DNA from: Candidatus Omnitrophota bacterium
GTDB lineage: Bacteria; Omnitrophota; Gorgyraeia; 2-02-FULL-51-18
Length of the DNA: 64,000 bases
Assembly (NCBI GenBank): GCA_945877765.1
Contig: CAMDWQ010000001.1
Span: 86,253-150,252, forward strand
Reading direction: 5' to 3'
Shown here: one piece after another, positions 8,001-17,098 of the stretch
Numbering within the stretch: position 1 is the stretch's first letter
How the letters are laid out: every line of letters starts with the position of its first letter
The notes under the pieces: model-generated
Told to the model about the DNA's origin: nothing
Databases searched by the model: none
Seen by the model: the letters and a program-made list of their open reading frames with translations, nothing else
Made by a program: the position numbers and the translations under genes

Positions 8001-9791
8001 TTACGCAGACTGTTCCGCCATGCGGGCGGCCTGAGAAAGGAGTCGTAGGGCGTTGTCTAGTTGCAGGAGAGGCAGAACCACGTAATGACTCAGATTGGGT
8101 ATCTCGTCGCCTTTCAAGGCTTTAATAAATGCCGCAATGTTACCAATCTTATGTCCCAAAAGAGTCTCGTAGACGCGAACTAACCTCTCGAAATAGCCCT
8201 TTCGCTCAGGAGTCAGCTCAGGAACTCTCGCCGCAAGCCTTGCGGCTCGATGAACGGCAGGATGCATAATGTCATTTTTATCCAATACTTTCACTATAAA
8301 GTGTCGAGCGGGGGTCTTGCCAATGATAGGCAGTTTGGCGGTGATTACTTTACCATCTTTAAAGCCGTCCATAGAAATAACTCTCACATTGTCTATGTCA
8401 TCCTTGTAGGGTTGGGGCAGGTCGGCTGGTTTGCTAATAAAAAGCTTCTGAACGTCAACCGGTAGATCATAAACCTCCGCCATCGCCTGTTCAATTTTCC
8501 AAGAATCTCCACCAAACAGCACTACAAAATTGGGATCCTGTTTCTTTTCCAGAATATAACGCCTTAACAAATAAGTCAGGTTGGGACCAAAAGCCTCTTG
8601 TGGAAGAATATTAAGATCAAATATCTCTACCACTTTAGTCTGGGTGATAGATTCGGGGAGGTCCTCGAAGAATTCATTGACACTTCTATCAGCCTCACCC
8701 AGCATCCTCGTGTAGTCGGACATCGGTAGCTTCACCTGGACTTTCTCAGGACTCAGCAAATCAGTCCCAGCGGGGATAATATTCTTGGGATTAATGACGC
8801 GGGGCATTCCTAAGCCCTTGAGCCAATACCTGCCCTGAGCATCAAGCACCACATGTAAAAGGGTGTCACCCACCACTATATCCCCGGCCCTGGTACGGTT
8901 TTGTTCTCTGATCACGCGCGCAACAAACGTAACTAATTCGCTTTCTTGGGCGGCGGTGCGAGTACTTGTTGGGATAGAAGTAGCAGTAACTGGTTGGGTT
9001 GTAGGGGCAAGACGGGCGGCAGTCGCCACCACTTTTCTAACAAGAGCAGCTTCTTCACCGTCGACCTCAACAAACTCAAATTTCTTTCTAAAATCCGTGA
9101 GATTATTTGGTGCATTGATTGCAATAAACGGATCACCCGTCACCAGCCCCCCATCTGCCATCATGCTATAAAGCTTATCCCACACCGCATCCAATCGATC
9201 TTCCCAAAGCTCGATACGAATCACTCCCGATGCAAAAATCAGTTTAAACTGAGTACCGGTGGGGGGCTCATAATCTAAAATATTATCTCTGACCAAAGTA
9301 ATCCTAGATTTTACGTCATCTTCCATGCGAATAAACGCCCGGATTCTTTTAATTGTATTCTGTAAATCAACATCCAGCGACGTGACGTGAGTCGCCTGGG
9401 CATGCTCTATGAAATACCGCGTTTCGGAGAACCCATCACCCTCCCCTAGCACCAACACGCCGTTATTGAATAAAAGGTTCTCGAGATTATCCAAAGCCAA
9501 GCTCTTTAAATATGCGCTTATGGTTGATTCGAAACGAAATAGCGACATAAAAGACCCTGAACCATCCTGTAGAACGGACGCAGAACGGTCGAGCTCGTCG
9601 TCAGTACGTCGGGATAATTGCACGAGAGTGGCTTTTTCGGTCAGAACATACTGCCTTGAAGCGCTCTCATAACTGACGCTAAAAGCCTTGCGTTTGTTAT
9701 CCCAGCTATCAACGTGTTGGGCATCACCACAACAACAACGAATCCCGTCAATAGTGTTGTCGCCGATGTCTTTCGTCTGACACCCCTGCAC
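8001..9791 (-). CDS. hypothetical two-domain protein; N-terminal class-I SAM-methyltransferase-like fold, C-terminal domain of unknown function
   Basis: VLVLGEGDGFSETRYF (GxGxG motif I), VTSLDVD (acidic end of beta-2) and FKLIFASGV (beta-4) fit a Rossmann methyltransferase. A low-complexity linker ATAARLAPTTQPVTATSIPTSTRT follows, then roughly 330 aa with no recognisable family. The track start is a GTG, so the true start is probably internal. Confidence 0.45.
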   Translation of the reverse strand: MQGCQTKDIGDNTIDGIRCCCGDAQHVDSWDNKRKAFSVSYESASRQYVLTEKATLVQLSRRTDDELDRSASVLQDGSGSFMSLFRFESTISAYLKSLALDNLENLLFNNGVLVLGEGDGFSETRYFIEHAQATHVTSLDVDLQNTIKRIRAFIRMEDDVKSRITLVRDNILDYEPPTGTQFKLIFASGVIRIELWEDRLDAVWDKLYSMMADGGLVTGDPFIAINAPNNLTDFRKKFEFVEVDGEEAALVRKVVATAARLAPTTQPVTATSIPTSTRTAAQESELVTFVARVIREQNRTRAGDIVVGDTLLHVVLDAQGRYWLKGLGMPRVINPKNIIPAGTDLLSPEKVQVKLPMSDYTRMLGEADRSVNEFFEDLPESITQTKVVEIFDLNILPQEAFGPNLTYLLRRYILEKKQDPNFVVLFGGDSWKIEQAMAEVYDLPVDVQKLFISKPADLPQPYKDDIDNVRVISMDGFKDGKVITAKLPIIGKTPARHFIVKVLDKNDIMHPAVHRAARLAARVPELTPERKGYFERLVRVYETLLGHKIGNIAAFIKALKGDEIPNLSHYVVLPLLQLDNALRLLSQAARMAEQSA

Positions 9792-9871
9792 CGGTCACGG
9801 TGATTTAACACATCAGCCTTGCTTTTGTAGGATCCGGAATTTTAAAGCTCTTGACCGGTCTCAAGACGAAT

Positions 9872-10552
9872 TTAGTTTTTTGGTTGCCTATAGGATTTTC
9901 CCTCCAGTGTTAAAAAAGTTCCTTTAAGATTCAATCTGTCGAGAATTGCTGTGGCTGTCGCAGGGTCAAAGATCTTGCCCCACTGAGAAGGAATGAGATT
10001 GGTCGTCACAAGGGTAGATCCGATCTCCGAGCGTTTGGAGATGATCTGAAAGATATCGTTGGCCTCTTCCAGAGACGGGAATACGTAGCCCAACTCATCT
10101 AGGCACAAGACTCTGACGCTTGCGTAGTACTGTATAAGGCTGTGTTTACTCCTGGAATTCTTGAGTTTTCCCACAAGATCGAAGCAACTGATAAAAATCG
10201 CTGTTTCGCCCTCCTGGATCGCTTGGTAACAAAGCGAGGTGGCAAGATGTGTCTTTCCCACCCCTGCCGGACCCACCAGAACGAGATTCTTGGCCTGCTG
10301 TATCCAGGGGGATTTGGCAAACTCCAAAAAAGATTCCCTTGGAAGCTTGGGGCTCATCTTCCAGTCGAAGTCTTGAAGACACTTGATTCTTTTGATGCCT
10401 GAACGATTCAGAAGGTATTGGATCCTCCGGCATTTTCTCTGACGGCACTCCTCCTCAAGGATGGGTGTTAGTGCTTTTATATCCTCTACAGAGAGGTCTT
10501 CGGGGTTTGATACGAACTTCAAGTCCTTCCAGAGTTCAGTTATTTTGGTCAT
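9872..10552 (-). CDS. istB: IS21-family helper ATPase IstB
   Basis: Walker A VLVGPAGVGKTHLA, Walker B VLCLDELGY and the IstB_IS21 family throughout. Start placed at internal M (MTKITELW), which overlaps the istA stop. Confidence 0.9.
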   Translation of the reverse strand: MTKITELWKDLKFVSNPEDLSVEDIKALTPILEEECRQRKCRRIQYLLNRSGIKRIKCLQDFDWKMSPKLPRESFLEFAKSPWIQQAKNLVLVGPAGVGKTHLATSLCYQAIQEGETAIFISCFDLVGKLKNSRSKHSLIQYYASVRVLCLDELGYVFPSLEEANDIFQIISKRSEIGSTLVTTNLIPSQWGKIFDPATATAILDRLNLKGTFLTLEGKSYRQPKN

Positions 10553-11963
10553 ATTCTTCAAGGCTCCTTGGTTGGTAGTGAATATCAAGAAGTTTTTGGT
10601 CGCTTGGGAAGACTTGGTCCGGATCTTTCTGTGCTGGCAGATTCAAAAGGCTAAGAAGAGCTTTTGTTTTATAGGTCCCCATAGACAGAAGTTCGGCAAC
10701 CGCCGAGACCAAGACAGAACGGTTGTGGTTTTTAAGGAGCTTAAAGATCTGATAAGCGCATTCAAGGCGCGCCGAATCATCCTCTCCCTGGGCCCTTAGG
10801 AACTTATAAAACACTGGCTCCATGGATTCGATAAGCCTAAGGATCCTTTGACGCTTAAAAAGAGGGGTTCTATTTAAAAGACTCTCTATGTGAAGAGGAT
10901 TCTGGAATATTTTGTGTTTTTCAAAAGATCTTTTATGCCGTGCCACAATTTTTGAGGCATGCGTAATCTCGATTCTATCCGGATAAATCAAAAGCCCGCA
11001 AGGCTTCTGGGCCAAAGAGGATGGGACGGAGTAGCGATTGGTTTCAAACTCGACAAGTGCTGTTTTTGAGACCACCCCTTGCGCGATTCGCCGCGGCGCG
11101 AACTCGATGCTGGGAAGTTTTAAAAGATTTTCTGATTTAAGCATGTCCATAGGCATCTTACCGGTGGAGCGGTGTATCAGGCTGTTGCGTCCTACAAGCC
11201 ACAGCCTGAAGCACTCGTTTAGGTCTTGGGCGTTTTTAAAAACCTGCCCGTATAGAAAGGAGGCTCTCACATCGCGTCCTAAGCGTTCGACTCTGCCTTT
11301 CTCATTGCCTTTGTAGGGATTGCAGGCGTGGATCTTGAATCCGTAGTGTCTGGCGAATTCCAAGAACTGCGGATTGTATTCGATCTTTTCCGGTGTGTGC
11401 TTTAAAACAACGCTCTTTAGATTGTCATACCGGTGGGTGCGGGCAAGACCGTTTAAGTGCTTGAAGCATTCCAGGTGTCCGTCTAAAAAGAACTCAAACG
11501 ACGTCTTGGGATAAAACTTCCCCCAAGCATATCTGGAATACGAGAGTACGTACAAAAAGAGAGCGACCCGTCCCACATTTTCAAGGTCCGCGAAGAACCA
11601 GTCCACCTGGGCCTCCTCTGAAGGCATAAAGTCCAGGGCATAATAAGTGACAGGCTTTTTTACTCTCCAGGATCTTGTGAAGCGCTCCACACTTGAGAGA
11701 CTACCAGCATAACTATATCCTTGGAGTCTTTTGTAAATCTGAATCGCCTGAAGGCGCGGATACTGCCGGTACCACTCATCCAGAAGATGCCGGTAAGCTT
11801 CCAAGGGTGAGGATTTCTGAGGATTTTGAGAGGGACACTGTTTATCCAGGATGCGTTTTAATCGCCTGTATCCGATATGAAGATGTCCGATCACCTGGCG
11901 GCGGCTTAACCGTTCGACGTCCAAGAGGTAGAGGATTTTTTCTTTCAGCGAGGTATCGTCCAT
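10536..11963 (-). CDS. istA: IS21-family transposase IstA
   Basis: 475 aa with an N-terminal HTH followed by a DDE integrase-core region. Typical IstA size and position upstream of istB. Confidence 0.9.
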   Translation of the reverse strand: MDDTSLKEKILYLLDVERLSRRQVIGHLHIGYRRLKRILDKQCPSQNPQKSSPLEAYRHLLDEWYRQYPRLQAIQIYKRLQGYSYAGSLSSVERFTRSWRVKKPVTYYALDFMPSEEAQVDWFFADLENVGRVALFLYVLSYSRYAWGKFYPKTSFEFFLDGHLECFKHLNGLARTHRYDNLKSVVLKHTPEKIEYNPQFLEFARHYGFKIHACNPYKGNEKGRVERLGRDVRASFLYGQVFKNAQDLNECFRLWLVGRNSLIHRSTGKMPMDMLKSENLLKLPSIEFAPRRIAQGVVSKTALVEFETNRYSVPSSLAQKPCGLLIYPDRIEITHASKIVARHKRSFEKHKIFQNPLHIESLLNRTPLFKRQRILRLIESMEPVFYKFLRAQGEDDSARLECAYQIFKLLKNHNRSVLVSAVAELLSMGTYKTKALLSLLNLPAQKDPDQVFPSDQKLLDIHYQPRSLEEYDQNN

Positions 11964-12110
11964 AAAGTCCTTATTTTTTCTTCTTTGTTTAGGGCGGAGG
12001 TCTTTTTTCCGTCACGATTTGTCCAAGGTTGTACATCGCCTGTCCGAAAGGCCGAACGATCCTTGGCGTATGACCCAGATCCTGGCATGCTCTGCCATAT
12101 TCGGTATATC

Positions 12111-12220
12111 GAGTTTGTTTTTTCAAACGCAGATGCACCCACCCTGATCGCGTGTTTAAGAAGCATCTATCGCTTTTGTTTTCAAGTACTTCCAAGAACA
12201 TTGAGTTTGTTTTTTCAAAC
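12111..12220. repeat. Pair of 18-bp direct repeats (gagtttgttttttcaaac) near the istA-proximal IS end
   Basis: Exact copies at 12111-12128 and 12203-12220, seen directly. Consistent with the reiterated terminal repeats of IS21-family ends. Confidence 0.5.
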
Positions 12221-12827
12221 AGCTTCTGGCTACGGATGCCTCTCATACGCAGTCTTGTGTCTTGGCGATTTTTGAGTGTTATCTTTGGATGATTAGCCCG
12301 GTAGCGCTTTCGATAATCGGGATGGCTTAAAAACCACTGCCGCGTGAGATCTTGCTGGTAGGTGAGGCAGTCGGGATTTTTGAGGTACCACCTTCGATTG
12401 TTTTGGCTATTGCGTTTGGATTGGCAAGAAGGACGGCCACAGCAGTGTTGCCGGTCTTTCTGGCGGCAATCCGGATAAAACATCTCTCGACAGATACGGC
12501 AAGTACGTTTACGGCGTCTCATAGCATCCTCACCCCCTTATAAGGGAAAGAATACTGGACTTTAAAGCAGGTTATCTCGGGAAGGAGGGGCTCTTCATCT
12601 TATCCACAGAATGAAGAACAGAGCTACTACTGAAAATTCTTTAACTAAAATCTAAAACACAACCCCGATAACACCCTGCCGGGATTCGTTATCATTTCTA
12701 TTACGCCCAACAATGATTTAGGGCAGCGCGCAGACGATGACCTTATTTAGGGGTGAGGCGCTAGGGCAGGTTTTGTTAATGATTACGTGACGATTTAGGA
12801 AAAATTTTCTGAAATAAAAAGGAATTT

Positions 12828-13325
12828 ATGGGCAGGCAATCATACTCAAGCCGTCTAACAACGAACGACTGCAAATCCATCTCTGTGAAGTTCTTGAAAA
12901 GTAACCTCTATTTCTATAAGGGCGGTTCCGACGGGATGAAATGGAAAAATACTAAGGGCGCAGAGACGGGGAGTATTGGTTTTTCGGTGTCCATGATTGC
13001 CGGCAACGAGCATATCCGGCTTGTGTATACAAGGGTAGTCGATTTTTCTGGAGAGAAATTCGATCTTGATTACACCGTCCGATTGAGCTCAACGCCTTGT
13101 TACTTCGGAGGCAGACGGTGGTGGTTTCGATGTCCACTAGAGGAGGATGGGCGGGTCTGCAATCGTCGTGCGGGGACATTGTATCTAGCTGGAGACAAAT
13201 ATTTTGGGTGCAGGATTTGCTATAACCTCACCTATGAAAGCTCACGGGATAGTCATAGATTTGATGGTGTGGTCCAGAGGATGGGGTATGCAGACTATAA
13301 GATCTTTAAAAAAATACTTAGATGA
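12828..13325 (+). CDS. hypothetical Cys-rich protein (putative zinc ribbon; CYFGGRRWWFRCP...CNRR...YFGCRICY)
   Basis: 165 aa, good RBS (aaaaggaatttATG), 4-nt overlap with the downstream HTH gene. No family recognised. Confidence 0.5.
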   Translation: MGRQSYSSRLTTNDCKSISVKFLKSNLYFYKGGSDGMKWKNTKGAETGSIGFSVSMIAGNEHIRLVYTRVVDFSGEKFDLDYTVRLSSTPCYFGGRRWWFRCPLEEDGRVCNRRAGTLYLAGDKYFGCRICYNLTYESSRDSHRFDGVVQRMGYADYKIFKKILR

Positions 13326-13522
13326 TGGATAAACTCCTAACCCCCAAACAACTCAGCGAGCTTTTGCAGGTCGATCAAAGCACCGTTTATTGGTGGTCGC
13401 ATACCGGCTTTATCCCGCATATAAAGATTGGAAAACTTGTTCGGTTTAAAGAAGTAGAGGTTGAGGAATGGGTTAAGCAGAGATCAAGACAGGGAAGAAA
13501 ACAGATAAAATATAATTCCTAA
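13322..13522 (+). CDS. AlpA/excisionase-family helix-turn-helix DNA-binding protein
   Basis: LTPKQLSELLQVDQSTVYWWSHTGFIPHIKIGKLVRF matches the Xis/AlpA MerR-like HTH (PF12728-type). 66 aa. Confidence 0.75.
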   Translation: MMDKLLTPKQLSELLQVDQSTVYWWSHTGFIPHIKIGKLVRFKEVEVEEWVKQRSRQGRKQIKYNS

Positions 13523-13644
13523 TATTCTTAAGTACGTATAACATTTGCTTTTTATCAAAGAAGTAGCTAAACTACTTATATAACAATATCTAAGTTAATA
13601 AGATTTAGTACATTTATTAACAAATTTAGCAAAAGGAAAAACTT

Positions 13645-13929
13645 ATGGGATTAATTTCAGTTCGCTGCTATGTAACCATTGGATCCTTTTCTACTGAGTA
13701 TATTGTTCAAGTGAAAGACGGAAACGATTTAAAATGGGAAGGGCCTGTTAGTAGAAAGATGGTTGATATAACTCAAGCAGTAAAACCAGAAGAAGCTGTT
13801 TCCGGAAGAATTAAAGCTTATCTTATAAACTCTGATGAAAAATCAGGGTTGGTAGAAATGCCTAATGATAGTTGGGTTCATGGAAGCAGAGTTAGAATAC
13901 CTCGTGCCTTGTTTGAAACAGCTAAATGA
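13645..13929 (+). CDS. hypothetical small protein (94 aa), translationally coupled to the downstream dCTP-deaminase-family gene
   Basis: Strong RBS aaaaggaaaaacttATG. Stop overlaps the next start (ATGA). Lies in a very AT-rich stretch. No family recognised. Confidence 0.45.
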   Translation: MGLISVRCYVTIGSFSTEYIVQVKDGNDLKWEGPVSRKMVDITQAVKPEEAVSGRIKAYLINSDEKSGLVEMPNDSWVHGSRVRIPRALFETAK

Positions 13930-14513
13930 TTCTTAGTGATATAGACATAAAACAAGCAATTAAAGCCAAAGAAATTATCATTGATCCCCTCCCAGATGAA
14001 ACCCAGTACGGGTCTTCGTCGCTTAATCTTATAGTTGGAAACGAATTTAAAAAGTGGAATCCCGCTCTATTAGGATCTGGAGGCACGAAACCCAGTCACC
14101 AAATACTAATTAATTTTATGGATTTTAATTATTCAACATTTTCAAAAAATTACCTCATTGATGTTCCGCTTGAAAGTGATGGTAGTATTATTCTTGCGCC
14201 AAATGATTTTATGCTTATTCTTTCAAGAGAATATGTTGAATTGCCACGAGAGGGATTGCTCGCAGCCAGAGTCGAGGGTCGGAGCACAATGGCCAGATTA
14301 GGGTTTACAGCGCATCTCTCTGCCCCTACAATCCATGCGGGTTTCGGCGGAAACATTACCTTAGAAGTGAAGAATTTTGGCCCATTTCATATAAAACTAA
14401 CTCCGGGGAAAGACCAAATCTGTCAGTTGATTTTTGAAAAAGTTCAATCCATTGCCGAAAAGACTAATTCTACAATTTTTCAAGGGCAAAAATCAGTCAC
14501 TGGAACTAAATAA
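13926..14513 (+). CDS. dcd: dCTP deaminase family protein (Dcd/dUTPase-fold)
   Basis: Aligns by eye with E. coli Dcd. [21 protein letters not shown] matches [33 protein letters not shown] matches [46 protein letters not shown] matches [34 protein letters not shown]. Confidence 0.85.
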   Translation: [195 protein letters not shown]

Positions 14514-14744
14514 CTTTTGTGACCAATTTGTGTCCAAACAACTTCAAATCCCTTCGAAATACTAGACTCATTCGACATACTCGAAAACTTTTTTAGATCG
14601 ATTCCTCGAGGGAGAAGTGGTAACTTAATGAAACAAAGAGGGTTGGGAGAAAATTAAGTTCAGGACTCCCAGTCTCTCCTCTGGAAATAATCCTCGTGTA
14701 GGTTTTTGACTATGCGAGGGTTTTTTTTGCGCTGATTCCGGTGT

Positions 14745-16373
14745 GTGTTCCTTAGAATGTCGTGTGGTAAGATGAAGCCTTGTTGTGAAAAAAAAGACAG
14801 TTCAGTTGATACGATAGGGCCCCTTTTGATAGCTGCGTTGATACGTCCCCATCAAAAATTCTGGAAAGAATTTTTCCCTCTTATTTTTCTGCTTCTTTTG
14901 AATGCCTTTTTTCTAAATTATAATTTTTTGCGCGGGTTTATTTTTTATGACATGGGTGTTTTTTTGGATGCGAGCTGGCGCGTCACCATCGGTCAAAAAC
15001 CACACATCGATTTTTATTTCATTTCGGGCCCGCTGCATTTGTACATGAACGCGTTTTTCTTTAAATTGTTTGGATTTGGAAAGACAGCGCTTGTCTCACA
15101 TCTTGTTGTTGCCAGCACTTTGGCGATCTTGGCGACTTATTGGGCGGCGCGCGGGAAAATGCCTTGGACCGCGCGTTTTCTCGTCACGACGCTGACGATG
15201 GTCTCATTTTACTGGCCTGTCTCTCATCCCTGGTACAACCAATCGGCGCAGCTTTGGGGGCTCTTGGCAGCCGCGTTATGGATGCGGACGATTCCTTTTC
15301 AAAATTCTCGCCGTGCTTTTTGGATCAGCGCTCTCGGTGGCGCTCTTGCCATGATTTCTTTCATGACAAAAACGAATATCGGCTTCGCTTTTCTTTTCGC
15401 TTTCTTCGTCATGCTTCTTTTTTCTCCTCAAAGAAATCGCGCAATATTGGGCTATTTTCTCGGAGCTATTTTGGCGCTCGGGATCATCACCATTTTATTT
15501 ATTCCCGATTTCAAGCTATTTTTCGAGCAGTCTTTTTTGGAGTATGGTATTGGTCAACGAGGTCGTCTTTTAATCTTACTGAACCCGAGCTATTGGGCTC
15601 AGAATTACTACTGGCCGATTGTCCTTTTTACGGTTTTAGGAGCTTTTTTTTGTTTTAAAAATAATAAAGAACGAGTTGTGCTTTTCGCGGGATTTTGGTT
15701 GATTGCGGTTATCTCAATTTTTACGAGTTCCCTGTTTAACTTAAAAGGGGAATTTCCCCTGATAGGGATTTATGCGGCTCTTGGTTTTATTTTGTTGTAC
15801 GATGCGACGCCGGCAAATTCTTCATGGTTGAAAAATCTAAACCATTTTTCAAAAGCGGCTTTAACGGCGGTATGTTTTTTGCTTATCTTTGTTTGCGTGC
15901 AACAGAGTGTGGTGTTTGGCTGGTGGCGTAATCCTGAGTGGTATAATTACCCGCTCCATGCTGCGCCGCTTCGGGGACTGCGAAGCGATCAAACTCACAT
16001 TCGTACTTTAGATGGATTGGTGGAGTTTTTTGAGAAAGTCCCCAAGAATGAAACGCTTCTGATTTTGACTGACATGCAAGTTCTTTACCCTTTGACCGGC
16101 ATGGAGCCTTACCGTGGAGTTCCCATTGGTTTTGTCGTGGATCTTATTCCTCCGCCGGGAAAACCGCTGGATGCGTTAAAAAAACGTCTTCGGGAAGATC
16201 CGCCGGTATGGATTGTCACTCATAAAAGATTTACGCAGGCCAAAGAGCTTCTTGAAATCGTTCACTATTTAGGGTTTACGAAACAACTGGAAACCAATTA
16301 TATTTTTGCCAAGGAGATTGGTACGTGTGTCGTTTTGCGAAGGAATGATTTTAAAAAGGAATTGCTAAAATGA
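14745..16373 (+). CDS. polytopic integral membrane protein, probable GT-C-type glycosyltransferase (ArnT/PMT-like)
   Basis: 542 aa with at least 10 hydrophobic helices in the first two-thirds and a soluble C-terminal region. First gene of the sugar operon. Start uncertain. Confidence 0.55.
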   Translation: MFLRMSCGKMKPCCEKKDSSVDTIGPLLIAALIRPHQKFWKEFFPLIFLLLLNAFFLNYNFLRGFIFYDMGVFLDASWRVTIGQKPHIDFYFISGPLHLYMNAFFFKLFGFGKTALVSHLVVASTLAILATYWAARGKMPWTARFLVTTLTMVSFYWPVSHPWYNQSAQLWGLLAAALWMRTIPFQNSRRAFWISALGGALAMISFMTKTNIGFAFLFAFFVMLLFSPQRNRAILGYFLGAILALGIITILFIPDFKLFFEQSFLEYGIGQRGRLLILLNPSYWAQNYYWPIVLFTVLGAFFCFKNNKERVVLFAGFWLIAVISIFTSSLFNLKGEFPLIGIYAALGFILLYDATPANSSWLKNLNHFSKAALTAVCFLLIFVCVQQSVVFGWWRNPEWYNYPLHAAPLRGLRSDQTHIRTLDGLVEFFEKVPKNETLLILTDMQVLYPLTGMEPYRGVPIGFVVDLIPPPGKPLDALKKRLREDPPVWIVTHKRFTQAKELLEIVHYLGFTKQLETNYIFAKEIGTCVVLRRNDFKKELLK

Positions 16374-17089
16374 GTAAGCCAATTTTAGCGGATTGCACCC
16401 CCGTCATTCTAGCGGGGGGCTTGGGCAATCGTCTTCGCTCGGTTGTTTCGGACCGGCCCAAAGTGCTTGCCGAAGTAAACCAAAAGCCGTTTTTAACTTA
16501 CCTGCTGGAGCAGCTTCACCGAGCAGGTTTTCGGAAGACAGTTTTATGCACGGGCTATTTGGGAGAGCATATTGAAAAAAATTTCGGATCCCGTTACAAG
16601 CATCTAGCTCTTTTTTATTCTCAAGAAACCAGGCCGTTGGGTACTGCCGGAGCGCTTCGCCTGGCTTTGCCGCTAGTCCAAACAAAGTCAGCTATCATTC
16701 TTAATGGAGATTCTTTCTGCGGGGCTTCTTTAGACAAATTTTATTTCCACTATCAAAAAAGAAAAGTGAGCGCGGCGATAATCCTGGCGCACGTTTCAGA
16801 CGCGCGCCGTTTTGGAAAAGTCTTTGTGGACGCGCAAGGCAGAGTCCTTCATTTTCTGGAAAAGGATAAAAAAGAGGGGAGCGGGTGGATTAATGCCGGT
16901 ATTTATCTAGTGAAAAAGGAGCTTCTCCGGTCGATTCCTTCCGGAGGGCCTGTTTCGCTCGAAAAGCAGCTATTTCCCCAATGGATACAGCAGGGAATTT
17001 ATGGGCATCAAAGCCGTGCCCGTTTCATGGACATTGGCACGGCAGAATCGTATAATTGTGCGGATAATTTTTTTTCGCCCAAAAAATAG
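16370..17089 (+). CDS. sugar-1-phosphate nucleotidyltransferase (HddC-like)
   Basis: N-terminal VILAGGLGNRLRSVVSDRPKVLAEV NTP-transferase motif. 239 aa. Lies with an HddA-like kinase in the same operon. Confidence 0.8.
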   Translation: MSKPILADCTPVILAGGLGNRLRSVVSDRPKVLAEVNQKPFLTYLLEQLHRAGFRKTVLCTGYLGEHIEKNFGSRYKHLALFYSQETRPLGTAGALRLALPLVQTKSAIILNGDSFCGASLDKFYFHYQKRKVSAAIILAHVSDARRFGKVFVDAQGRVLHFLEKDKKEGSGWINAGIYLVKKELLRSIPSGGPVSLEKQLFPQWIQQGIYGHQSRARFMDIGTAESYNCADNFFSPKK

Positions 17090-17098
17090 GACACGCTT

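Larger units (their letters stand above)
9800..12230 (-). mobile_element. IS21-family insertion sequence (istA-istB); boundaries approximate
   Basis: Complete istA (DDE transposase) and istB (AAA+ helper) in canonical order with overlapping reading frames. 18-bp direct repeats gagtttgttttttcaaac at 12111-12128 and 12203-12220 resemble the multiple terminal IstA-binding repeats of IS21 ends. Exact termini were not resolved. Confidence 0.7.

Noticed and set aside
15140-15658. 172-aa plus-strand ORF overlapping the GT-C-like membrane protein gene
   Set aside because: It is an alternate-frame overlap inside a gene with strong hydrophobic-helix periodicity. Its Arg/Ser-rich composition is typical of off-frame translation of GC-rich codons.
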